Below are positions 12,422 through 24,340 of a DNA stretch of 64,000 nt, one piece after another; position 1 is the stretch's first letter, and every line of letters starts with the position of its first letter. The stretch comes from Octopus vulgaris (Eukaryota), in NCBI GenBank assembly GCA_951406725.2, contig OX597838.1:24614001-24678000 (forward strand), in the 5' to 3' direction. The notes beneath the pieces are model-generated. The model saw nothing but the letters and a program-made list of their open reading frames with translations. It made no database searches and was not told where the DNA came from. The translations under genes were made by a program, and so were the position numbers.

Positions 12422-12448
12422 ATAAACAAGGTTTGTTGCCATATCAAC
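12422..12448. promoter_or_regulatory. Forkhead (ATAAACA) site next to RFX X-box (GTTGCCATATCAAC) just upstream of CFAP251 ATG
   Basis: X-box with one perfect half-site at 12435-12448; RFX and FOXJ1 control motile-cilia genes. Confidence 0.65.
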
Positions 12449-12703
12449 GTTTTAAGTCTAACTCTACAAACAAAAGAGTTGTTTGAACGGCCGACTAATT
12501 TTATTATTCGATATCGATTCCTTTTACATTGTATAGATAAGGGCGCTAAATATGATTGTGCCACTAGAAATGTCTGACAAAAAAAAAACAACAACCCCGC
12601 CCTGTACTCCTTTCTTATGATTTTGTATGCTATGAGTACAAATCTCTCTGAAATTGCTTTTACCTTTCAGCTTTCCAGCAGGGAGATCGAAGAGATAAGA
12701 TAC

Positions 12704-12941
12704 TTATTTCTTTACTACCCACAAGGGGCTAAACACAGAGAGCACAAACAAGGACAGACAAACGGATTAAGTCGATTATATCGACCTCAGTGCGTAACTG
12801 GTACTTATTTAATCGACCCCGAAAGGAGGAAAGATAAAGTCGGCGACCTCGGCGGAATTTGAACTCAGAACGTAGCGGCAGACGAAATACGGCTACGCAT
12901 TTCGCCCGGCGTGCTGACGTTTCTGCCAGCTTCGCCGCCTT
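12704..12941 (-). mobile_element. tRNA-derived SINE with Nin/Deu-like domain (family B); other copies near 7470, 19807, 21820, 23300, 23535, 23700, 25715-26500, 27667, 32370, 60655
   Basis: Head ggcggcgagctggcagaa...gagttcaaattcc and core cctttcggggtcgat..aagtaccag; about 19-bp imperfect TSD (tcga(a/g)gagataa(g/a)atactt). Confidence 0.85.
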
Positions 12942-13350
12942 TCGAGGAGATAAAATACTTCGAGAGGTCGCATCCCTCCCACCAATGGCCAAGAAAATTT
13001 ATTCCAAAATTGTTTACGCGCTATTTATTTCGTTGTGAATGCTTATTTCAATTGCTCAACTCTCTCTTTTTCGTATGTGCGTATGTGTGCGATTTCTGCA
13101 GCATGTGCAGCATTGGGTCTAACAATAAATGTGGATTAACAAAACTTATAATGTACCAGCCCGCTCCCTCCAAGATGTATGTGGTTTCTTTTATAACTGT
13201 GAATGGTCAAAGGTTGGAGACTCTAGATTTATTTATTTAGGAAGTACCTAGGATCTTTTCCTTTTGAACGGCAGTTTTCAACACAATTTCTAGTTAACTA
13301 AACACTTTTAAACTTCGTACACTGGTAGAATGTGTCAAAAAAAAAAAAAA

Positions 13351-13382
<32 letters not shown>

Positions 13383-13657
13383 GTTTGTGTGTCTGTGTTT
13401 GTCCCCCTAGTATTGCTGGTGTGTTTACGTCCCCGTCACTTAGCGGTTCGGCAAAAGAGACCGATAAAATAAGTACTGGTCTTACAAAGAATAAGTCCCG
13501 GGGTCGATTTGCTCGACTAAAGGCGGTGCTCCAGCATGGCCGCAGTCAAATGACTAAAACAAGTAAAAGAGTAATATATATATATATATATATATATACA
13601 AAATAAGAAAATGGAGAAATACATCTAAATCAATTATCACTACCAGATAATACCCAA

Positions 13658-14016
13658 GGCGCAATGGCCCAGTGGTTAGGGTAGCGGACTCGCGGTTTCG
13701 ATTCTCAGACCGGCGTTGTGAGTGTTTATTGGGCGAAAACACCTAAAGCTCCACAAGGCCCCCATCAGGGGGTGGTGGCGAACTCTGCTGTACTCTTTCA
13801 CCACAACTTTCTCTCACTCTTTCTGTTTCTGTTGTACCTGTATTTCAAAGGGCCAGCCTTGTCACACTCTGTGTCACGCTGAATCTCCCCGAGAACTACG
13901 TTAAGGGTACACGTGTCTGTGAAGTACTCAGCCACTTGCACGTTAATTTCACGAGCAGGCTGTTCCGTTGATCGGATCAACTGGAACCCTCGTCGTCGTA
14001 ACCGACTGAGTGCCAC
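13658..14016 (+). mobile_element. tRNA-derived SINE (family D); partial copy on minus at ~39590-39755
   Basis: A-box tggcccagtggttagg, B-box-like ggtttcgattc; second copy in window. Confidence 0.75.
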
Positions 14017-14235
14017 GGTATATATTATACGTGATCGGTCTAAGGGAGATAACCAAAGGTACTATAATTTATTGGCTCTCAGTATTACAAAATCAATACA
14101 AATCGCTTCTCTTACACGAATGTAGTATTACGTTGGCAACGGTTGTGCAAAAGAGCAATTATGGCACCAAAGAACATTACCGTGAGTAATTTCAATGAAA
14201 GACTCGAAAAAGTTTTGCTAGGAAATGAACATACA

Positions 14236-14632
14236 GGTGCAGGAGTGGCTGTGTGGTAAGTAGCTTGTTTACCAACCACATGGTTCTGGGTTCAGTCCCA
14301 CTGCGTGGCACCTTGGGCAAGTGCTTTCTACTATAGCCTCGGACCGACCAAAGCTTTGTGAGTGGATTTGGTAGACGGAAACTGAAAGAAGCCCGTCGTA
14401 TATATGTATATATGTATGCGTGTGTGTGTTTGTGTGTCTGTGTTTGTCCCCCTGGCATTGCTTGACAACAGATGCTGGTGTGTTTATGTCCCCGTTACTT
14501 AGCAGTTCGGCAAAGGAGACCGATAGAATAAGTACTGGGCTTACAAAAGAATAAGTCCTGGGGTCGAGTTGCTCGATTAAAGGCGGTGCTCCAGCATGGC
14601 CGCAGTCAAATGACTGAAACAAATAAAAGAGT
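14236..14632 (+). mobile_element. Full-length tRNA-derived CORE-type SINE with internal microsatellite (family A); about 18 more copies, e.g. 8030, 20045, 27140, 28565, 28915, 33520, 43796, 49937, 54432, 58790
   Basis: tggctgtgtggtaag A-box, ggttcagtcc B-box, CORE-like accttgggcaagt, tail ggcggtgctccagcatggccgcagtcaaatgactgaaac. Confidence 0.88.
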
Positions 14633-15289
14633 ATACAAATCTATAAACTCTGCTGTTGCTGACTCGAAAATTGTCAATTACCCGGTTGTGTTCTCAAACT
14701 CACTTGGATCCACAAGGAGCTCCCCCACATTGCCTTCGATTGAAAATAGGCGCTCCAATCATGCCTCTGCAGAATTTTTCTCAATGGCACAAGACTTGTT
14801 ATGAAGAAATTAACGAGAAATGTCATAGAGGCCACAATAATTTTTGTCTGTGGAAAAGGCAAAGATGTTTTTATTCCTCGTTTACTTTTATTACCTTCCA
14901 ATTCAAATGACTTCAATTTCCAATACATCTGTCTTTTGCGATGTCCATTAATAAGTCCCAAGATCAGACTTTGAAATTTACTGCTTTGCAATTAGCGAAG
15001 AACTGATGTTTCCAGAGTGGGGAACAAGGACAATCTTTTCGTTTTCGGTCTTACTGGTAAAACCTGAAACTTTGTCATAAGGAAGTTTTTAGCATGGGAT
15101 CAACAAACTAAAATTTGCAGAAGGAATAATAACTTTTAATTGATATTGTCAATGTCACATTATATTCCTCTAAGAAAAGCTACTTGTATTTGTAAGTTTT
15201 CCCCAAAGTTATATTTAGTTATCTTGTACTAGATATAAGCCAAAGTATGTATGATATTTGCTTCCTTTAAAGACTGAAATACCAGAGAT

Positions 15290-16572
15290 CACACACCAGA
15301 TGTTTATATGCACAAACCTGTTGAATTGTTTACTGCTACGGAAGCTGAACGGGAGGCAGTAAGAATTGATTACATCAACATTGAAGAAAATGATTTAATG
15401 CTAGCAATAGATGACATACACGCAAACTCAGCTGCTGGTCCTGATCAATTCCCAGCAATCCTCCTCAAGTCACGCAGAATCATTGCAGCTACTTTCTCAG
15501 GGTTTCTTTGCAAATGTTAAGCTTCCGGACAATATAAAGGAGGGAATAATATGCCCTATCTATAAAGGAGGAAGGGAAGCAGAGCAGATTCTAAAAACTA
15601 TGGACTGCTCTGACTTCACACATCAGCAAAGTCAGGAAAAGAATTGTCCGAAGGAAATTAATTGCTTTCCTTGAAGAGAATGACTTGCTGACTGACACCC
15701 AGCATGATTTTCGACCAGGTAGAAGTTGCCTGACACAGCTCTTGCAGCATTACGACCGGGCGCTAAAACCCTGCGCTACCAACACATAAAGCTCAATGAA
15801 AAGCAGATAAGATACACTGACCCAGGAGAGATTCCAATCCCTGAATCAAAATCACTGCGTGACCTGGTTATCGATATGGGTAATGATGCATCTTTACAGG
15901 TGCACATTACTAAGTTGTTAATAAAATGCAGACATCTGGACGGGTGGATCCTTTCAACTTTCAAAACAAGACAAAGGAAAACCATGATGCTCCTCTGGGG
16001 GACTTTCGTTCTCAGTCGTCTGGATTACTGCTTCCACCTGTGGTCACGAAACAGTCTAACGACGGAACTAGAGGTGATCCGGTGAAGCTACATAAGGAAG
16101 ATCGATACGATGCGACATATCAGCAACTGGGAGACACTGAAAGAGTTAAGACTTTCTGCCCCCTGGAGCGAAGGTGGGGAAGATATGCAATAAAATACAT
16201 CTAAAAAATCCTAGAAAAATTTGTTCCAAACTTTGTCATTGATACCAACACAAACAGTAGGACAGGGCGCTGCAACATTCGCATCAGGATGTAGGACGAG
16301 ATACTGTTTAGCTTCGCCTCCAGAGGTCCACAACTCTTCAATATCCCCACACAAAGCCTGAGAGACCTGCATGTTGTGGATGTAGGATTTTTCAAAACAA
16401 AAGTATATTCCCTTCTGTCAAGAGTTCTGGATGAACCTACCTCTACGCAAGAGACACAGATGAGGGCAGCAAAATCAAACTCTTTCATCCACTAAATGTC
16501 ACATATCAGAGGACGTTTTGTGAAAGTGTAGCAAAGTAAACGGTGGTGCCATGCTGGGGCACCACCGTTTAC
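15290..16572 (+). mobile_element. Decayed CR1/L2-clade LINE, RT-domain and 3' fragment with internal deletions
   Basis: SAAGPDQFPAILLK, PIYKGG, QHDFRPGRSCLTQLL, VLSRLDYC, LERRWGRY motifs; frameshifts and stops. Confidence 0.85.
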
Positions 16573-18291
16573 ATATAATCACTTTCTTCTTTTTTTTTTT
16601 GTTTGATTAAGGATAACTAACCGAATACATACAAGCATACATACATTACAATTATAAAGCCCGCCAATTACATCAATCATTAATGAATTTACCAGAAACG
16701 ATCGTACGCACTCCACCTATATTTCATGTTTAGTACATCGTTGTAAATCTATCACTCATCACTCCCTTTACAATATTCATCTCGCAAACCATTATCAATA
16801 TAATAATTAATCAACAAAGGACTTTGCCCATTTTATACGAAACCAAAGCTACGAATCGGCAACTAAAAGAGAAACAGTTACAAGATCCTCATACATGGTG
16901 AGCTTTCCCCGATATCTGTTAAGTGATAGAATGAAACTCTACCGGTATAGACGTTGCATTTAATATTTTGGGAGTCGATTCAATATAGTTAAAATAATCA
17001 AGCATGTACGTAAATAAGGCAGAAGGAACCACACAGGAACGACAAGTTACCTTTACCTAATTTGCAAATAAATCATTTTGCCTAAGTGACTGCTAAGCTT
17101 AATTAAACTGAGTAATTACCGTTTTATGGTATATTTTATGGGCATAGAACATCATACCTTAGTATTTTTGTAAGCATACAGTGATTCCATGCTTATAGTG
17201 TAAATAATACTTTACGAACCAATGAGGGAACTTGTGATTACGAAGACTAAATTACCGTTTTATTGTATATTTTATAAGCATTAAAACACAAAGGTTTAGA
17301 AGTTTTGCAGACATTAGGGAATTCCAGCACCTATTTTCAATGTGGTCCCGTTTTGTAAAGAAGATCGTTGTTTATTAACATATTCGATAATTTTATATCA
17401 TTTAGGTAAATATATACCAGTTAAATTCTAAATCTAATCTGATCGTATTACTTATCCTAAAATTTGTAGCTTTGTACCTATGTTAGAAATCGAGATTTAT
17501 ATCGCGCTAAAACCTTTAAATATCAAGACGGATATAGAAATGCCTGTCGGTAATTAATGCTTTGAATACGTAACTGAGTTAAGTGTGTTTCTAAGAATAG
17601 GACAAAAGTGATTTGGATTTCGAAATCATTGAACTGTATTATAGAAAAAAAAAAAAAAGATTTTCATCTTTGATTCAAATCAGTCGATCCATGATGATGC
17701 TGATTTGATATTATTTCCCATCTTCAATACAAATCAATTACATGGGATGATAAAGCGCAATAATGTTTTATGACAAGAATGTAGAAGTTCCAGGTGATCT
17801 TTGATTATAGCGTACCACGTTCCTTCTCTCACACGAGTTTGTTGGTCTCAGGTAATTGGTGACCGTCAAAATTTTTTCAACGTAGATGTCGTGCTGATGG
17901 TGTGTTTACTTTCCCGTAACATTCACTGTTAGAATGAATACTAGACTTAAGAAATAAGTCCTTAAGGCGGTGCTCGAGCATGGCCCCAGCAAAATGACTG
18001 AAACAAGTAAAAGAATAAAAGAATGTCCTGCCGTGGAGAAATATTACCTTGCATAGAAATAGGTGAGGGTTAGAACAGGAGAGACGTCCAGTCATAGAAA
18101 ATTTACCTCAACAAATTTTACCTATGCTAACATTGAAAAGTTGCTTTCCTCAACAAATTTTACCTATGCTAACACTGAAAAGTTGCTTTCATCCTTTTGG
18201 GGTCGATAAAATAAATGCCAGTTGAGCACTGGAGTCAATCTAATCAACTGAGCTCCTTCCCCGAAATTTTTGGCCTTGTGTCAAAATTTGA

Positions 18292-18856
<565 letters not shown>

Positions 18857-20862
18857 GTATTCTATACAAATATTCTTCCTTTTAACTTTTACATTTTCCT
18901 CACACTTCCTCCTTCATGCACTATGCCTACTTCTCACTCCCCAATCCTGTCCTCTTGGCCCTGTGTCACTGTATTATTGCTATCCAGTAGCCCCCCCACA
19001 CACACACTTCCACCCTATATATACCCAGGTTTTCACCACTCACCCCCTTTCCACTCTAGTCTCGCTTCTTTGGCAATATTTATATTTCCACTTATAAATT
19101 ATGACCTTTGAACTTCCAAGGGTATGCCCTGGCACTTGCCACCATCTATATCTCGCTCTGCCTTTACTCAACCATCCCGTTTATATTCTGATCCCTGTAC
19201 CTTGTGAGTATGCCCAGCACTTTGCCACCATCTCACCCACTCTCTCCCTCCCCTTCTCCTGCACTTCCCTCAGATTGGATAACTATGTGTCTCCTTTGCA
19301 CCAGCACACTTTTTTCTGCCTTCGTTCCTGATTTTTCTTTCTTTCTTTCCAGGTAACCTTGTACCTCCTCTACAGCAAGACACCTATTTCTGTCTACCTG
19401 TCTCACTATAACCTTTCATCATCTGACACAAGATAACCTCCTCCGATGTCCCCTCTCCTCTCAAAAAATTTTTGTCTTGCAGGTTACTTGGTGACCCTGC
19501 CAGTGCAGGTGCCACTTAAAAAGCATCCAGTCCACACTGTAAAGTGGCAGGCATTTAGAAGGGAATCCAGCTATAAAAACCTTGCCAAAACTGACCTCAC
19601 CCATGCTTGTGCCATGTAAAAAGCACTAAGTCCCTTCTGCTAGGTGGTTGGTGTTAAGAAGGACATTCAACTGTAATAATCCTACCAAAACAGTCACAGA
19701 AGTCTGGTGTAGGTTTCTGCCTGGTCAGCTCCTGTCAAAGCGTCTATGCCAGCAAGGAAGATGGATGTTAAATGATGGTGACAATGCTGATGATGATGGT
19801 GATGAAGGCGGTGAGCTGGCAGAAACGTTAGCACGCCAGGCGAAATGCGTAGCCGTATTTCGTCTGCTGTTACGTTCTGAGTTCAAATTCCGCCGAGGTC
19901 GACTTTGCCTTTCGTCTTTTCGGGGTCGATAAATAAAGTACCAGTTACGCACTGGGGTCGATGTAATCGACTTAATCCCTTTGCCTGTCCTTGTTTGTCC
20001 CCTCTATGTTTAGCCCCTTGTGGGCAGTAAAGAAATATATATATATATTCTTTTATTCTTTTATTTGTTTCAGTCATTTGACTGGAGCACCACCTTTAGT
20101 CGAGCAAATCAACCCCAGGAGTTATTCTTTGTAAGCCTAGTACTTATTGTATCTGTCTCTTTTTGCCGAACCACTAAGTTACGGGGACATAAACACACCA
20201 GTATCGGTTGTCAAGCGATGTTGAGGGGGGGACAAATGCACACACATACATACACGCATACATACATACATGCATTTATACATACATACATATATATATA
20301 CAATGAGCTTCTTTCAGTTTCTGTCTACCAAATCCACTCACAAGGCTTTGATCAGCCCAAGGTACCACGTAGTGGGACTGAACCCGGAACCATGTGGTTG
20401 GCAAGCAAGCTACTTATATATATATCGCACATGATTAACCAGACTATCAGATGTTACACATCACTCGTTACAATGCGCTTTTGCATTGTTTTAGCCTTCA
20501 AATTACATCATCCCACTGGCTTGGTGAGCAGGCCAACATTCCCCTCTGATTGAAGGGGGATTGGAACAATGTGAAATGAAGTGTTTTGCTCAAAAACACA
20601 ATACACCACCTAGTCAGAGAACTGAACCCATGATCCTGCGATCATGAGTGCAACAGCCTAACCACTAGGCCATGCACCTTCATGTGTGTGTCTATATGTA
20701 TATATATATATGTGTGTGTGTGTATATATTGATCATTCATTTTTATACTTTTTGAGATCTAGTTATATGTTTTATAAAAATATTTAATATTTGTTATTTA
20801 TGTTTTTGGTTTATGTCTATCACTGTTTGAGTTGCATTATAGTGGTTTTATCTCTAATTTAT

Positions 20863-20908
<46 letters not shown>

Positions 20909-21013
20909 AACTGCATCCTGTCTAAATTAACTCTCTCCCTAATTAGTTGGACTATGACCTTCTCTGTGACTTTCATCACTTGATCCAACAATTTATGTGT
21001 GTGTGTGTGTGTT

Positions 21014-21047
<34 letters not shown>

Positions 21048-23699
21048 AATATATATATATATACACACACACACAGACTATCAGAGAAGGATGTAAAGCA
21101 CTGGTGACGAAATAAAATAAATTGGTGCTCAGCGAATCAAGTTCTCCAGGATGATTATTCTGTATCAAGTCACAGACACTCCTTTCCAATTATTTCAGCA
21201 GACAAGCAGAAAATCCATACATTTGCCACCATATCCGTTTATGATTATGATTTTAAGTGGTAGATTTTATCCCTGTCTCTGTTTTTACACCATTACCCGA
21301 CAACTTGGAGTCCATCCAGGCATCTTTTCAGTTTTCAGAATTAGCAAGAGAATGTTCAGCTCTGTAGAAATTGCTTTTGAAAATCAGGTCTGGTTTTTTG
21401 AAACTGCAAACATACTCACTGAGTCGTAAGCATTCAGGACAGGTCTCTAGTTTCAGTATATCTTTTGCCCTGTATAAGAATTATATATATATATATGAAG
21501 ATGAGAATGTGTGTCTGCCTGTCTGTCTGTTATCACCAAGCCCCCAGAAACAGCTAAATGACGGGGATGTAAACACACCAGCATTAGTTGTCAAGCGATA
21601 TATAAATATGTGTGTGTATATATATATATATATATATGACAAGCCTCTTTCAGTTTCCGTCTACCAAATCCACCCACAAGGTTTTGGTCAGCCCGAGGCT
21701 ATTGTAGAATACACTTGCCCAAGGTACCACACAGTGGGACTGAACCTGGAATCATGTGGCTGGTAAGCAAGCTACTTACCGCACAGCCACTCCTTGCACC
21801 CATAACAAATAAATAATAGTTTGAAATTTTGGTACAGGGACAGCAATTTTAAGTGAAGGAGTAAGTTGATATCATCAAACCCCAGTGCTCAACTGGTACT
21901 TATTTTATCAACCCCCCAAAAGATGTGAGGCACGGTGGACCTTGGTAGAATTTGAACTCAGAACATAAATCCAGATAAGATGCTGCTAAGCATGGTTATG
22001 ATTCTGTCAGCTTCTTTAAGAAAGGAAGAAATAATAATTGCACAAATTACTGGATTGTGCATGCTGCTGAGTAAAATTGCAGTCATTCATACGTTCAGGC
22101 ATGTCCTTTGCAGGCGCTGGTGCTAAGTAAAATGCACTTGCACCGGTGCCATATAGAATGCACTTGTACTGGTTCTGCATCAATGCACTTGTGCTGATGC
22201 TTTGTAAGTGCCCCCAAAGTGCTCAGCACATTCTGTTAAGTGGCTGGCGTAGGAACCATGTCAAAACAGACAACAGGAGTCTGGACACTTCCCTGGCTGA
22301 CCAGTTCCTGTCAAAATGTCCAACCCATGCCAGCATGGAAAACGGACAGTAAACGACGATGTTGATGACCACTTCCAGGAATACTGTTTTTCTTTTATCA
22401 ATCATGAGAGGATGAAAGGTGAAAATCAACTACCACCAGATCTGAAAGTGCACTTACATACAAGGAACAGATTGCAAAACTCATTTGAGAACAGAACCAT
22501 CTCATCAAGAATTAACACTTTCTCTCTTTCCACTTTCATATCTTTTACTTGTTTCATTAATTAGACTGTGGCCATGCTGGGACACCGCCTTCAAGACTTT
22601 TTGTCAAATGAATCAATCTAGTATTTATTCTTTTCTAAGCCTGGTACTTGGTCCATCGGTGTCTTTTGCTGAACTGCTATATCATGAGGATGTAAATGCA
22701 CCAACATCGGTTCTCAAGGGACAAATACATATCTATATCTATCTATCTATACACACACACACTATAGTCTTCTTTCAGTTTCCATATACAAGTTTTTGGT
22801 CGGCCTCAAGCTTATAATAGAAAACATTTGCCCAAGGTACTTGAAAACCCATGTGGTTGAAAAGCAAACGTCTTATCACACAGCCATGCCTTCACCTATA
22901 TACATATGAAAAATATTCAAGCAAAAATTTGAAGTTTTAAGGTTTGTACCTTAAAAATGTTTTTAAGTTGTAAAAACGAATAACAGAACACTTTAATTTT
23001 AATTTGACCCATTAGCATTCAGATCACTCAGTCAAATGTAATATTTTTTATATTCACATTGTTTTGAATTAATCATGAATTATCTTGTAGCTTCAAGATT
23101 TTGCTGATGTGGCAGCATATTTCTAGAATGACATAGTTGGGGAGGTGTGAAAGTCAGATCAGGTTAGTTTTGATATAAATCAGGTAGACTAATTGAACGT
23201 GATATGACTAGTTTAAATTTTCGGATATGGGATAAAGCTGATTATGTCGACGAAATGCTAAAGGTTTAAACCATTAAAGCACTGCTCTAGATAAATATTA
23301 ATTTCAAATTTTGGTACAAGGCCGACAATTTCGGAGGAGTGGGTTAGTCGATTACACTGACACCAGTACTAAACCGGTACTTATTTTATCGATCTCGAAA
23401 GGGTGAAAGGCGAAGCAGACCGCAGCGGGATTTGAACTTAGACCATAAAAACGGACGAAATGCCCCTAAGCATTTCTTTTCGGCGCGCTAACGATTCCGC
23501 CAACTCGCCGCCTTAATTCTATAGATAAATACTGATTTCAAATTTTGGCCCAAGGCCAGCAATTTCGAGGGAATAGGTAAGTCGATTGCATCGACTCCGA
23601 AAGGACGAAAGCCCGGCTTCAGCGGAATTTGAACTCAGAATGTAAAGCTCGACGAAATGCCGCTAAGTAGTTTGTCCGGTGCGGTAACGATGTTGCAAG

Positions 23700-23935
23700 T
23701 TAAAAGCGGCGAGCTGGCAGAAACGTTAGCACGCCGGGCGAAATGCGTAGCCGTATTTCGTCTGCCGTTACGTTTTGAGTTCAAATTCCGCCGTGGTCGA
23801 CTTTGCCTTTAATCCTTTCGGGGTCGATAAATTAAGTACCAGTTACGCAATGGAATCGATGTAATCGACTTAATCCCTTTGTCTGTCCTTGCTTGTCCTT
23901 TCTGTGTTTAGCCCCTTGTGGGTAGTAAAGAAATA
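23700..23935 (+). mobile_element. Young family-B SINE with perfect 17-bp TSD, inserted in an older opposite-strand copy
   Basis: ggtaacgatgttgcaag at 23683-23699 and 23936-23952. Confidence 0.9.
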
Positions 23936-24129
23936 GGTAACGATGTTGCAAGCTCGCAGTCTTAATTCTGTAAATGAATATTAAAATTGTTTATCTGCGG
24001 AATTGTTTGCGAGTCTATAAGGATCTTTGAGGGGAGAAAGAAAGAAAAAAAGAAATAAGGAAAATAGACAAAAAAAAAGAAAAGAAAGAAGAGGTAAAAT
24101 GTGAAAGACAAAAGAGCGTATTGAGTGTA

Positions 24130-24240
24130 ACTCTCCGGGAATTGGCGAAAGGAAACAAGAACGGCGGCGCTACCGCACAGTGACGTCACAGATTTGTGTA
24201 TGACGTGAAACACAACGGACATCTGAAACGAAAACAACGA
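24130..24240 (+). promoter_or_regulatory. CpG-rich promoter of the zinc-finger gene with CRE (TGACGTCA 24181-24188) and variant TGACGTGA (24201-24208)
   Basis: Motifs visible about 100 bp upstream of first coding exon. Confidence 0.65.
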
Positions 24241-24292
24241 AAAGCTAAACTCTCTCATTTGACCTAAACAAACACACTAACCACTCCGATGT

Positions 24293-24340
24293 ATGCCGCC
24301 CAGACCAAACTTCCAAGCACATAAAATGAATGCCTTTGTG
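24293..24340 (+). CDS. Castor-like zinc-finger/coiled-coil protein, exon 1 (MPPRPNFQAHKMNAFV; alternative start 24326)
   Basis: GTG|gtgagt donor in phase 0 joining exon 2; lies after the CRE promoter. Confidence 0.6.
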
